DNA of 11,761 nucleotides. It comes from a virus (taxonomy: Duplodnaviria > Heunggongvirae > Uroviricota > Caudoviricetes). Positions 1 to 6,729 of this stretch are shown here, in pieces. How positions within the stretch are numbered: the stretch's first letter is position 1; the number at the start of each line of letters is the position of its first letter. A program made the position numbers and the translations under genes. The stretch spans positions 1-11,761 of IMG/VR virus record IMGVR_UViG_2585427768_000001. The stretch is one strand, 5' to 3'. Below the pieces are notes generated by a model, which saw nothing but the letters and a program-made list of their open reading frames with translations, made no database searches and was not told where the DNA came from.

Positions 1-2283
1 GCAGGGGATCCCCTGCCGTTCGTATGAACGGCGCAAAATCGTGTTGTCGAAGTTGGCTCCATTTCCCCAGACCTGAACAAAAAATTCACCGGAGTTTTCG
101 TCGATAAATTCCCGCAATTGTAACAGTGCATCATCTAACGGGATTTCATCGGTCATAATGGCAGATTGCGCTTCGCGTGATTGCTTAAGCCACCATTTAA
201 TGGTGTCCCGATCAATGACTCCGCCAGCAGTTTCCAGATCGATAGTCTTACTAAATTCCGGTCCCATATCTCCGGTTTGCGGATCGAAAAATATTGCACC
301 TATTGAGATGATCGGGGCATCAGGATTTTTTCCCATGGTTTCAAGGTCTATCATTAGATGGTCACACGTCCTGCTGGTGGATGTGATTACGTGATGACTG
401 TTCACCTTAATTGAGTGATTTGCCGTCTCGCCAGTTTCATTATCGCTATCGTGATGCTGATTGCCGCCAGTGTTCTCCTTGTGTGGATGTTCAGCGCCTT
501 CCATTTCCTCCGGATCATCTTCCTGAACTTCAACCTGATACTCTTCATCGAATGTTTCCTGGTATGTTGCGTCGCCCATCACCGCGCCACAATCAGGGCA
601 ATTGCCGCCGCCGGTCTGACCGCAGGCGGTGCAGACTTTTTCCACTTCCTGTTGCGCCACTGGTTCAGGCTGTTTCGTTTCTGGCTCGTTTTGTAACGCA
701 TTTGGGCTGTTTTGTTCCGCTTTTTGGTAGTTCCGTTCCGATTCATGCTGGTTCTGGTTTACAGAATCGCGGGTCTGGATCCCCTTAACCCATTTCGGAT
801 CATTCGGGTCGCTAATCCCTGCAACAAATTCTCCGCGAGAGGCAGCAAGCAACTTATCGGCGTCAGGCTGGCTGATATTGGCTGCCTGCATAATTTTGTT
901 TACTTCGTCAGCGGTAACTTTTACCGGCCCTGGTTGTGCGGTCGTGTCAGATGCACCAGTATTTTGTTGTGAACCTGAGTATGTACCGTTTTTGTGGGCG
1001 AAATATTCTTCTTTCGTGATTTCAGTAGCCCCGGCAGCCAGTGCCTTATCCAGACCAGAAAGTTTGTTTGCGCGACCGTATTTTTCGCCATCCTTGTCGG
1101 TGAAGAGGAAGTAGAACGGCCCCTCACGCTCTACAGATGGTTCGACTTCCACTTTGCATTCGGTTTTTTCGTTGTCCGGAATTGCCGTTTCCACTGCATC
1201 AGTTTCTGGTACTGGCGACGAGAGAGTATCAGTTGCGCTCTGATTTCTTCCTTCATCTTCAAACACGCCCTTTGTAGTCAGGTATTCAGTAATGTATTTG
1301 TTCAGTGCCACAGGGTCTTTGTGAATGTCGATCGGACGTTCACGGACAAGGCCAAAAATAGTCTGGCGGTCGTAGCGAAGGGCATCAGGCTGTTTGCGCA
1401 TTGATGCCGAGATACGCTTCCAGTCTTCGCGGTCGTTGTCGATAACTTCATTTTTTGCCCAGCGATGGATGCTGCCGTCAATGTTTCCGGCATCCACATC
1501 ACCAGGCCAGAGAGCGTAGGCCAGTTCGTCATCCAGTGTTTTCCATGTCTGCTTGTATTCGCGATGAATGGCAGCAATGACCAGGCTGATTTTTCCTGTT
1601 GAATTTTCAGTGTGCTGTTGATTGACTCTGGCGCGGGCGAGATCAACAACAGACGTGTATTTTCCGGTTTCCTTGCGTTCACCTTCGCGACGTTTTTTCC
1701 AGATGCGCATCTCTGCCTGAATTTCGGGCCATTTGGCACCAGGCTTACATTTATGCTTAACCCACCCGATGGCATGCAGCTTAAGCTCCGGATACATGGC
1801 GTTAACATCTGGCATTTTCATCAACGCTTCAACGATATGTCCGTCGAATGTTGCCATGTCTTCCTGCAACAATTCCTGTGCGCTAATAACCATATCAACG
1901 GTGATGTTTTCACATGTGTCGAACTTAACCATGACAGCGTTCTGTACTTCAGGGGCCAGCTTGTCAAAAGTGACGTTCATCGGATCGGATTCAGTCTCAA
2001 CCGGGACAAAGGAAGCAGACTCCTCATCCCAGCGGTTTTCCTGCATATATTCAGCATCCCAGGAATCGAGGGCAGGGCGGGGTATACCGGGTTTATCCTC
2101 GCAGACAAGAAATTTATAAGCGCAGTCCTGAGCAGCCGGATAATGTTCCAGGAATTGCCAGTGAAATTTTGCGCGGGCGCGACGTTCATCACCGGCTTCA
2201 ATGGCAGTGGCTACAGCGACGGCACCTTCTTCCTTTATTGCCTGTTCGTCCGGAATGGCGGCGCAAATAAAGACTTTACTCAT
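1..2283 (-). CDS. recE: RecE-like exodeoxyribonuclease VIII family protein, N-terminal 761 codons; C-terminus lies beyond the window start
   Basis: Minus-strand frame is open from the ATG at 2283..2281 (SD GAGG 9 nt upstream on the minus strand) to position 1; I scanned every plus-strand triplet in this frame and found no tta/cta/tca. Absent from the ORF track because no stop lies in the window. Translation begins MSKVFICAAIPDEQ and contains KLLAASRGEFVAGISDPNDPKWVKGIQTRD (recalled as RecE-like), a CxxC-N7-CxxC zinc-ribbon-like motif, an acidic linker, and DEDD-type exonuclease motifs (HLMIDLETMG; NGANFDNTIL). Sits upstream of racC/kilR-position genes as in Rac. Confidence 0.7.
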   Translation of the reverse strand, partial: MSKVFICAAIPDEQAIKEEGAVAVATAIEAGDERRARAKFHWQFLEHYPAAQDCAYKFLVCEDKPGIPRPALDSWDAEYMQENRWDEESASFVPVETESDPMNVTFDKLAPEVQNAVMVKFDTCENITVDMVISAQELLQEDMATFDGHIVEALMKMPDVNAMYPELKLHAIGWVKHKCKPGAKWPEIQAEMRIWKKRREGERKETGKYTSVVDLARARVNQQHTENSTGKISLVIAAIHREYKQTWKTLDDELAYALWPGDVDAGNIDGSIHRWAKNEVIDNDREDWKRISASMRKQPDALRYDRQTIFGLVRERPIDIHKDPVALNKYITEYLTTKGVFEDEGRNQSATDTLSSPVPETDAVETAIPDNEKTECKVEVEPSVEREGPFYFLFTDKDGEKYGRANKLSGLDKALAAGATEITKEEYFAHKNGTYSGSQQNTGASDTTAQPGPVKVTADEVNKIMQAANISQPDADKLLAASRGEFVAGISDPNDPKWVKGIQTRDSVNQNQHESERNYQKAEQNSPNALQNEPETKQPEPVAQQEVEKVCTACGQTGGGNCPDCGAVMGDATYQETFDEEYQVEVQEDDPEEMEGAEHPHKENTGGNQHHDSDNETGETANHSIKVNSHHVITSTSRTCDHLMIDLETMGKNPDAPIISIGAIFFDPQTGDMGPEFSKTIDLETAGGVIDRDTIKWWLKQSREAQSAIMTDEIPLDDALLQLREFIDENSGEFFVQVWGNGANFDNTILRRSYERQGIPC

Positions 2284-2375
2284 TTTGTTTTACCTCATTA
2301 CAGATTTAAGGGTGAACAAATCCCTGCCATTGCTGGCATATAAGAATGAAACCGGATATTTATTACGGAACTGTT

Positions 2376-2567
2376 TTAAAGACCTGCCGGGATTTCGTTA
2401 TTATCCTGGTGAATAACTTTATCGACCGGGTAACAGTTACCGGGAATTTTCTGTTCGGTTGCTGCAGTCACACACTCCTGCATTGTCCTGTGAACACTGA
2501 CTGCAATATCAACTGGCTCTCCGGAAACAAGAAAAACTGTCAGAACAAGTGCAAATGCTGTATTCAT
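2376..2567 (-). CDS. Hypothetical small protein (63 aa) with hydrophobic N-terminal segment; racC/ydaE-position gene
   Basis: ATG at 2567..2565 overlaps the TGA of the upstream gene (ATGA coupling), with AGGA 8 nt upstream. Product MNTAFALVLTVFLVSGEPVDIAVSVHRTMQECVTAATEQKIPGNCYPVDKVIHQDNNEIPAGL. The track's longer 2376..2621 ORF has a poorly spaced SD. Confidence 0.5.
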   Translation of the reverse strand: MNTAFALVLTVFLVSGEPVDIAVSVHRTMQECVTAATEQKIPGNCYPVDKVIHQDNNEIPAGL

Positions 2568-2752
2568 TGCCAGCATCCTTTTTGTATCGGACGTAAACGG
2601 GCCAGCATTGAAAGAATGCATATTTTATTTAATAGCTCCCGTTCGTGTTTTCTCTTGTTAATGGCATCTTCAGTAAATACAGGGTTACTGATATTGACAC
2701 CAATTTCAAAACAACCTTCAGACGTATTAACGTTTGGTAATAACGTTTCCAT
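2564..2752 (-). CDS. Hypothetical small protein (62 aa); kilR-position gene of the leftward early operon
   Basis: ATG at 2752..2750 preceded by GAGGA with 7-8 nt spacing on the minus strand; product METLLPNVNTSEGCFEIGVNISNPVFTEDAINKRKHERELLNKICILSMLARLRPIQKGCWQ; stop overlaps the start of the next gene. Confidence 0.5.
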   Translation of the reverse strand: METLLPNVNTSEGCFEIGVNISNPVFTEDAINKRKHERELLNKICILSMLARLRPIQKGCWQ

Positions 2753-3004
2753 TATCGCGTCCTCAACAATGAATTTTGTGATGCGGTGCCTGGTGCCTCC
2801 AGGTGACGTTAACCAGTTAACAATTAACGCCGGATACAGAGAATCCACCCATAACACTGTTTTTGGTTTTAACTGTTCCGCGTGCGCTCAGCCGCATTCA
2901 CCACATCACAAAATTCACTTTAAAAAGGGCGGCAGAGCAGTCACGGAGTAAAACTGATACCGCCAAACGTCACCAGAAAATTGATAACAGAGGGCGTTGC
3001 AGCG

Positions 3005-3041
3005 GGGTTGTCACTTAAGCGTATGGTCAACCTGACAACCC
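3005..3041. repeat. Perfect inverted repeat, 9-bp arms (GGGTTGTCA / TGACAACCC) with 19-bp spacer, in a 560-bp non-coding gap
   Basis: Read directly from the sequence; no flanking T-run on either strand, so not an intrinsic terminator. Candidate protein-binding site or RNA stem-loop. Confidence 0.5.
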
Positions 3042-3314
3042 GGTGTCCTCAACGGGGGAAGAAATACCCCCGCCATACTTACCGCCGCGCCATTTCGCGG
3101 ATTGCCACAACCGGAAGCGCACGGTCGACGAAAATTTAACGACAGGCTATCTATGAACCAGCTACCTCGCCGTGCGCTTTCGCGTTATGGTCTGACTTTT
3201 CAGGGAAATATCCTTTCAGTAAACTGTCAGTGCCGGATGCTCACCCGTGTCCGGCGCACGCACTCCACCTCACCCGTGGAGAACTCCTTAATCACCAACC
3301 CTCAGGAGGGTGAA

Positions 3315-3590
3315 ATGTCGACTGAAAATGATGAAATCATTAACTCCCTGATACGCCAGATTAATAATTTTGATAAAGCATTGCAACATGCTGCGGCGCG
3401 TAGTGATATAACTCTTTTAGCAATTTCATTTCTTGCATCTGTTATGGATAAAAATGAAGTCGTACGACAGAGTCTTGTTGATTATATCGACTCGCTTCAA
3501 CCCGGCACTTTCAATCATGAGAGCTTCAATCATGAGAAAGAGCATGTTAAGTCTGTAATTAATTCTCTTATTTTGAATCAAAAGAATTAA
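3315..3590 (+). CDS. Hypothetical protein (91 aa), AT-rich gene in sieB position
   Basis: ATG 3315 preceded by AGGAGG 5 nt upstream; in frame with track ORF 3102..3590, whose upstream extension is GC-rich, Arg-rich and has no SD. Product MSTENDEIINSLIRQINNFDKALQHAAARSDITLLAISFLASVMDKNEVVRQSLVDYIDSLQPGTFNHESFNHEKEHVKSVINSLILNQKN. Contains a 15-bp in-frame tandem duplication (3510..3539). Confidence 0.6.
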   Translation: MSTENDEIINSLIRQINNFDKALQHAAARSDITLLAISFLASVMDKNEVVRQSLVDYIDSLQPGTFNHESFNHEKEHVKSVINSLILNQKN

Positions 3591-3900
3591 TGCTTTTTGT
3601 TGCAAAGTAATTTTCAAGGGGTTCTATTCGAATCCCTTTCTTTTTCATTAACAAGCCAAACCCCTTATCAATGATGTCCATTAGATCCAGGAAGTATTTT
3701 TCATGTAAATCCTGGTTATAAGAGAGCTGCTTCTCTTCGTACAGCCCGATAAAGGCTCGGCGTACGTTACCGGATATATTGTCGATGGTTTCTTTTTCTA
3801 CGGTACTCAGGTCAAGAGTCGCCAGTTGAGAGCGAACCACATTCGATGCCATTTCCTGGAATGGGACTGGTAAATCTTTAAATTCCATCGTCAACCTCAT
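3568..3900 (-). CDS. Hypothetical protein (110 aa); second gene of the leftward pL-like early operon
   Basis: Track ORF; ATG 3900..3898 overlaps the TGA of the upstream 77-aa gene (ATGA coupling); alternative start MEFKDLP 12 nt downstream. The 3' end overlaps the convergent 91-aa gene by 23 bp. Confidence 0.55.
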   Translation of the reverse strand: MRLTMEFKDLPVPFQEMASNVVRSQLATLDLSTVEKETIDNISGNVRRAFIGLYEEKQLSYNQDLHEKYFLDLMDIIDKGFGLLMKKKGIRIEPLENYFATKSINSFDSK

Positions 3901-4133
3901 CAGTCAGTGTTTCTGGTTAACCAGCGACGTGCGCCAGCTTCAGTTTTAAACGTTTTGCTTCTGGTATATGTCATCGCGGTAAACGTGCCGTCCTGGTTGG
4001 GAAACACGCCGCATACCAGAGATTCGTTGTTGCCAAGCTCGATAGTATCCATGCTGACCTCATTTCCCCTTAACGCCGGGGTAGCGGAACAAAAACCTGC
4101 TGCATAGTTATTAAAGTTGAACCCTGCCGTCAT
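3900..4133 (-). CDS. Hypothetical protein (77 aa); first gene downstream of the leftward pL-like promoter (ydaG/ydaF position)
   Basis: Track ORF; ATG 4133..4131 with GAGG 9 nt upstream on the minus strand; product MTAGFNFNNYAAGFCSATPALRGNEVSMDTIELGNNESLVCGVFPNQDGTFTAMTYTRSKTFKTEAGARRWLTRNTD. Confidence 0.5.
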   Translation of the reverse strand: MTAGFNFNNYAAGFCSATPALRGNEVSMDTIELGNNESLVCGVFPNQDGTFTAMTYTRSKTFKTEAGARRWLTRNTD

Positions 4134-4232
4134 GTTCTTACGCCTCGGGCTGGCTACTTAACCCCTGACCACTGCCTGGTAACTCGAGGTATTGCCCTGT
4201 ATTGTGTGGGACGGGATGGGTTGGTATGGGAA

Positions 4233-4276
4233 AACTATAGGAAATGCCTAATTACTTGTCAATAGGCTATGCCTAA
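4233..4276 (-). promoter_or_regulatory. Leftward pL-like sigma70 promoter with operator palindrome (OL-like)
   Basis: On the minus strand: -35 TTGACA (4262..4257), 17-nt spacer, -10 TATAGT (4239..4234). Palindrome TAGGCTATGCCTA at 4263..4275 and GCCTA half-site at 4246..4250. Segment 4255..4276 is the exact reverse complement of 4899..4920 on the other side of racR. Confidence 0.6.
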
Positions 4277-4370
4277 TAATTTGGGCGCAACCTAATAGGT
4301 GATGGTTTGTGGGAGAGGTAGTAGGAGTTAACTAACGGGAACTAGGAATTTCCCGTCGGACCATATAAGT

Positions 4371-4847
4371 TTAAGTTCCTGTCTTGGTGATGTTCTGGCT
4401 TTTCCGTTTTGATTCTTGATTTTTCAGATAGTTAGCTACCTTCATTTCCATTGCGGCAATGTAGGCGCGAACGTCATGATCAACCCAACTAGGCTCCGTA
4501 GCATTTCCAGATAAGATGAAAGCCACAATTGCTCTTTTTTCATCAGAGGCGGCTTGATAAAGGCTGTTTATGTCTAAAAGTTCACTTTTTGTATCTGAAG
4601 TGGATGGGGTTGGTATGGGGTATTCGTTAAGCCCCCAATGCTCTGGACCAACCACATCAGAAAAGAAACGCCATAGTTCTGGAAGTTTGTCTTTACTTAT
4701 CGAACCTTTCTTAATCCAGTCATGGATTGATGGTGGTTGGACTTTGAAATGACGTGCGATTTCCGCCTTTGATTTGACGGCTCCTGATGCAATTTTTTTG
4801 TTAATGGCCTGCTCTATCGCTCGGCCTAAGTCTTTACCACTAAGCAT
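4371..4847 (-). CDS. racR: Prophage repressor, RacR-like (158 aa, HTH)
   Basis: Track ORF MLSGKDLGRAIEQAINKK...; HTH-like segment KSKAEIARHFKVQPPSIHDWIKKG; divergent from the ydaS/ydaT-like genes, flanked by operator repeats. Size and organisation match Rac racR from memory, not verified by search. Confidence 0.7.
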   Translation of the reverse strand: MLSGKDLGRAIEQAINKKIASGAVKSKAEIARHFKVQPPSIHDWIKKGSISKDKLPELWRFFSDVVGPEHWGLNEYPIPTPSTSDTKSELLDINSLYQAASDEKRAIVAFILSGNATEPSWVDHDVRAYIAAMEMKVANYLKNQESKRKSQNITKTGT

Positions 4848-4898
4848 TGCTTAATAGTCTCCTATGCGCATCGCGTTAGGCAATCCCTACTCTCGATG

Positions 4899-4944
4899 TA
4901 TTAGGCATAGCCTATTGACAATTTCATTAGGCTAAGCCTAATAT
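4899..4944 (+). promoter_or_regulatory. Rightward pR-like sigma70 promoter with two operator palindromes (OR-like)
   Basis: -35 TTGACA 4915..4920, 18-nt spacer, -10 TAATAT 4939..4944. Palindromes TAGGCATAGCCTA (4902..4914) and TAGGCTAAGCCTA (4928..4940), centres 26 bp apart, overlapping the -35 and spacer. Confidence 0.6.
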
Positions 4945-4971
4945 TGTTGCGTGTTTTTTGGAGTTCATTCG

Positions 4972-5295
4972 ATGAAAAAAGATAACTATTCATTCAAACG
5001 AGCTTGTGCTGTTGTCGGTGGGCAATCAGCAATGGCTAGGCTTTTAGGTGTATCTCCTCCAAGCGTAAATCAATGGATCAAAGGTGTACGTCAGTTACCT
5101 GCTGAGAGATGTCCTGCGATTGAACGAGCAACAAAAGGTGGTGTCCTGTGTGAAGAACTTCGTCCTGATGTTGATTGGACATACTTACGACGCTCGTCAT
5201 GTTATTCGCAGAATATGTCGATGAAGCAACCAAATGACGAAAACGATCATACCCGAAGCATCAAGAGGCAAATGATTCATGAAAATCAAACATGA
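4972..5295 (+). CDS. ydaS: Cro/YdaS-like HTH protein (107 aa)
   Basis: ATG 4972 with GGAG 8 nt upstream; in frame with track ORF 4951..5295. Product MKKDNYSFKRACAVVGGQSAMARLLGVSPPSVNQWIKGVRQLPAERCPAIERATKGG... has the YdaS/Cro-like HTH pattern; first gene from the pR-like promoter. Confidence 0.7.
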   Translation: MKKDNYSFKRACAVVGGQSAMARLLGVSPPSVNQWIKGVRQLPAERCPAIERATKGGVLCEELRPDVDWTYLRRSSCYSQNMSMKQPNDENDHTRSIKRQMIHENQT

Positions 5296-5704
5296 GCACA
5301 TCCGCATGGCGATGAATGCCTGGGCATACCCTGATGGTGAGAAAGTTCCTGCAGCTGAAATAGCCCGGACTTATTTCGAACTGGGGATGACGTTCCCTGA
5401 ACTGTACGACGACAGCCATCCGGAAGCCCTGGCCCGTAATACCCAGAAAATTTTCCGTTGGCTGGATAAAGACACCCCTGATGCTGTTGAAAAAATGCAG
5501 GCTCTGTTACCGGCGATCGAAAAGGCGATGCCGCCTTTGCTGGTGGCCCGTATGCGCAGCCACAGTTCTGAATATTACCGTGAGATCGTCGAACGGAGGG
5601 ATCGGCTGGGGAAGGATGTCGATGATTTTGTTGCGTCAGCGGTTGTTTTGTATGACCAGATGAATCGCGGCGGCCCGGCAGGGAATGCTGTGGTGATGCA
5701 CTAA
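5279..5704 (+). CDS. ydaT: YdaT-like protein (141 aa)
   Basis: Track ORF MKIKHEHIRMAMNAWAYPDGEKVPAAEIARTYFELGMTFPELYDD...; overlaps the 3' end of the ydaS-like gene by 17 nt; position and size match Rac ydaT. Confidence 0.65.
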   Translation: MKIKHEHIRMAMNAWAYPDGEKVPAAEIARTYFELGMTFPELYDDSHPEALARNTQKIFRWLDKDTPDAVEKMQALLPAIEKAMPPLLVARMRSHSSEYYREIVERRDRLGKDVDDFVASAVVLYDQMNRGGPAGNAVVMH

Positions 5705-5726
5705 AAGCACGGTGTTCGGGGGTTTT

Positions 5727-6689
5727 ATGAGCAGCAAGCTTCATGGTCTTGTCTGGGAAGGGTGCGCCTTCACCGGCATGATCTTATCCAGGGTGGCGGT
5801 TATGGCCCGTCTTGCAGACTACAGCAATGACGAGGGCGTGTCATGGCCTGCCATTGAAACTATCCGGCGTCAGATCGGTGCAAGAAGTGAATCCACAGTG
5901 AAATCGGCTATTGCAGAACTGGCGAAAGAGGGCTGGCTGACGAAGGAAGAGCGTAAGGTCGGTGGGCGTAATGTAAGCAATATCTATCGGCTTAATGTGG
6001 AAAAACTCGAAGCAGCTGCGGCGGCGGCGCGTGAGTCATATAAACCGAAAAGAAAAATTAGCCCGGCAAAAAATGACCCGTTAACAGTTGACCCGTCAAA
6101 TATTGACCCCTCAACGGTTGACCCGTCAAATTTTGATGGATCAACTGTTGATAAAAAACTGCCGATTAGGGGGGCGATGATTAACCCCGATCCGTCAGTA
6201 TTAAAACCTGATCCGTCAGATAAAAGATCTTCTTGTCCGGACGCTTCGCAACCGGACCCGCAGACGGCTGAACAGGATTTTTTAACCCGACACCCTGACG
6301 CGGTTGTGTTCAGTGCGAAAAAACGCCAGTGGGGAAGTCAGGAAGATTTGGTGTGCGCACAGTGGATCTGGGGACGAATCGTGAGTCTTTACGAGCAGGC
6401 GGCCAGCGATGATGGCGAGATCACTAGACCGAAAGAACCCAACTGGACAGCATGGGCCAATGACGTTCGCACAATGCGGATGCTGGATGGCAGAACTCAC
6501 AGACAAATTTGTGAAATGTTTGGGCGTCTCCAGCGGGATTCGTTCTGGGTAAAAAACATCATGAGTCCGGCAAAACTCCGGGAAAAATGGGATGAACTGG
6601 TTATCCGCCTGGGGCGTTCGCCTGCGCAGCGTTGCGTGAATCACATTTCTGAACCGGACACTGAAATTCCGCCGGGCTTCAGGGGGTAA
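5727..6689 (+). CDS. Phage replication initiator, O-like (N-terminal winged-helix DNA-binding domain), about 320 aa
   Basis: ATG 5727 with GGGGG 4 nt upstream (track uses GTG 5712). N-terminus MSSKLHGLVWEGCAFTGMILSRVAVMARLADYSNDEGVSWPAIETIRRQIGARSESTVKSAIAELAKEGWL resembles phage replication-initiator HTH domains. A DPS-repeat linker coincides with DNA-level iterons, as in lambda O. Confidence 0.65.
   Translation: MSSKLHGLVWEGCAFTGMILSRVAVMARLADYSNDEGVSWPAIETIRRQIGARSESTVKSAIAELAKEGWLTKEERKVGGRNVSNIYRLNVEKLEAAAAAARESYKPKRKISPAKNDPLTVDPSNIDPSTVDPSNFDGSTVDKKLPIRGAMINPDPSVLKPDPSDKRSSCPDASQPDPQTAEQDFLTRHPDAVVFSAKKRQWGSQEDLVCAQWIWGRIVSLYEQAASDDGEITRPKEPNWTAWANDVRTMRMLDGRTHRQICEMFGRLQRDSFWVKNIMSPAKLREKWDELVIRLGRSPAQRCVNHISEPDTEIPPGFRG
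6073..6148. repeat. Five tandem 15-bp-spaced iterons (core TTGAC-N2-GTCAA), putative prophage ori
   Basis: ATGACCCGTTAA (6073), TTGACCCGTCAA (6088), TTGACCCCTCAA (6103), TTGACCCGTCAA (6118), TTGATGGATCAA (6133), then an A-rich tract ATAAAAAA (6149..6158) and two more GATCCGTCAG copies (6189, 6211). Confidence 0.6.
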
Positions 6690-6729
6690 GTGTTAATTTC
6701 TGGTCATGAGGTAATTTTCAGGAGGGCTT

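Noticed and set aside
921-2201. Minus-strand track ORFs 921..1127, 1302..1808 and 1977..2201
   Set aside because: They are in a different minus-strand frame from the stop-free recE-like frame that starts at the SD-preceded ATG at 2283; they are out-of-frame overlaps.
158-2343. Plus-strand track ORFs 158..394, 411..788, 415..696, 712..972, 878..1114, 994..1404, 1612..2343 and 1733..2119
   Set aside because: All lie antisense to the continuous 761-codon recE-like frame on the minus strand, lack convincing SD sequences and give low-complexity or Cys/Arg-rich translations; judged shadow ORFs.
2346-2951. Plus-strand 201-aa ORF, and ORF 2201..2416
   Set aside because: No SD; the Cys-rich low-complexity translation overlaps two well-supported minus-strand genes and non-coding sequence; likely chance ORFs.
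3102-3314. Upstream extension of the 91-aa gene (track 162-aa ORF), which by length alone could suggest a SieB-sized protein
   Set aside because: The extension is GC-rich and Arg-rich with no SD, whereas ATG 3315 has a near-perfect AGGAGG; the product has no membrane segments as SieB would.
3426-3617. Minus-strand 63-aa ORF and plus-strand ORF 3907..4107
   Set aside because: Antisense to better-supported genes with proper SD and coupling signals.
4570-4752. Plus-strand 60-aa ORF inside racR
   Set aside because: Antisense to the racR-like gene; no SD.
5286-5744. Minus-strand 152-aa ORF and plus-strand ORF 5481..5663
   Set aside because: Antisense to or out of frame with the ydaT-like gene; Pro/Arg/Ser-rich low-complexity translations.
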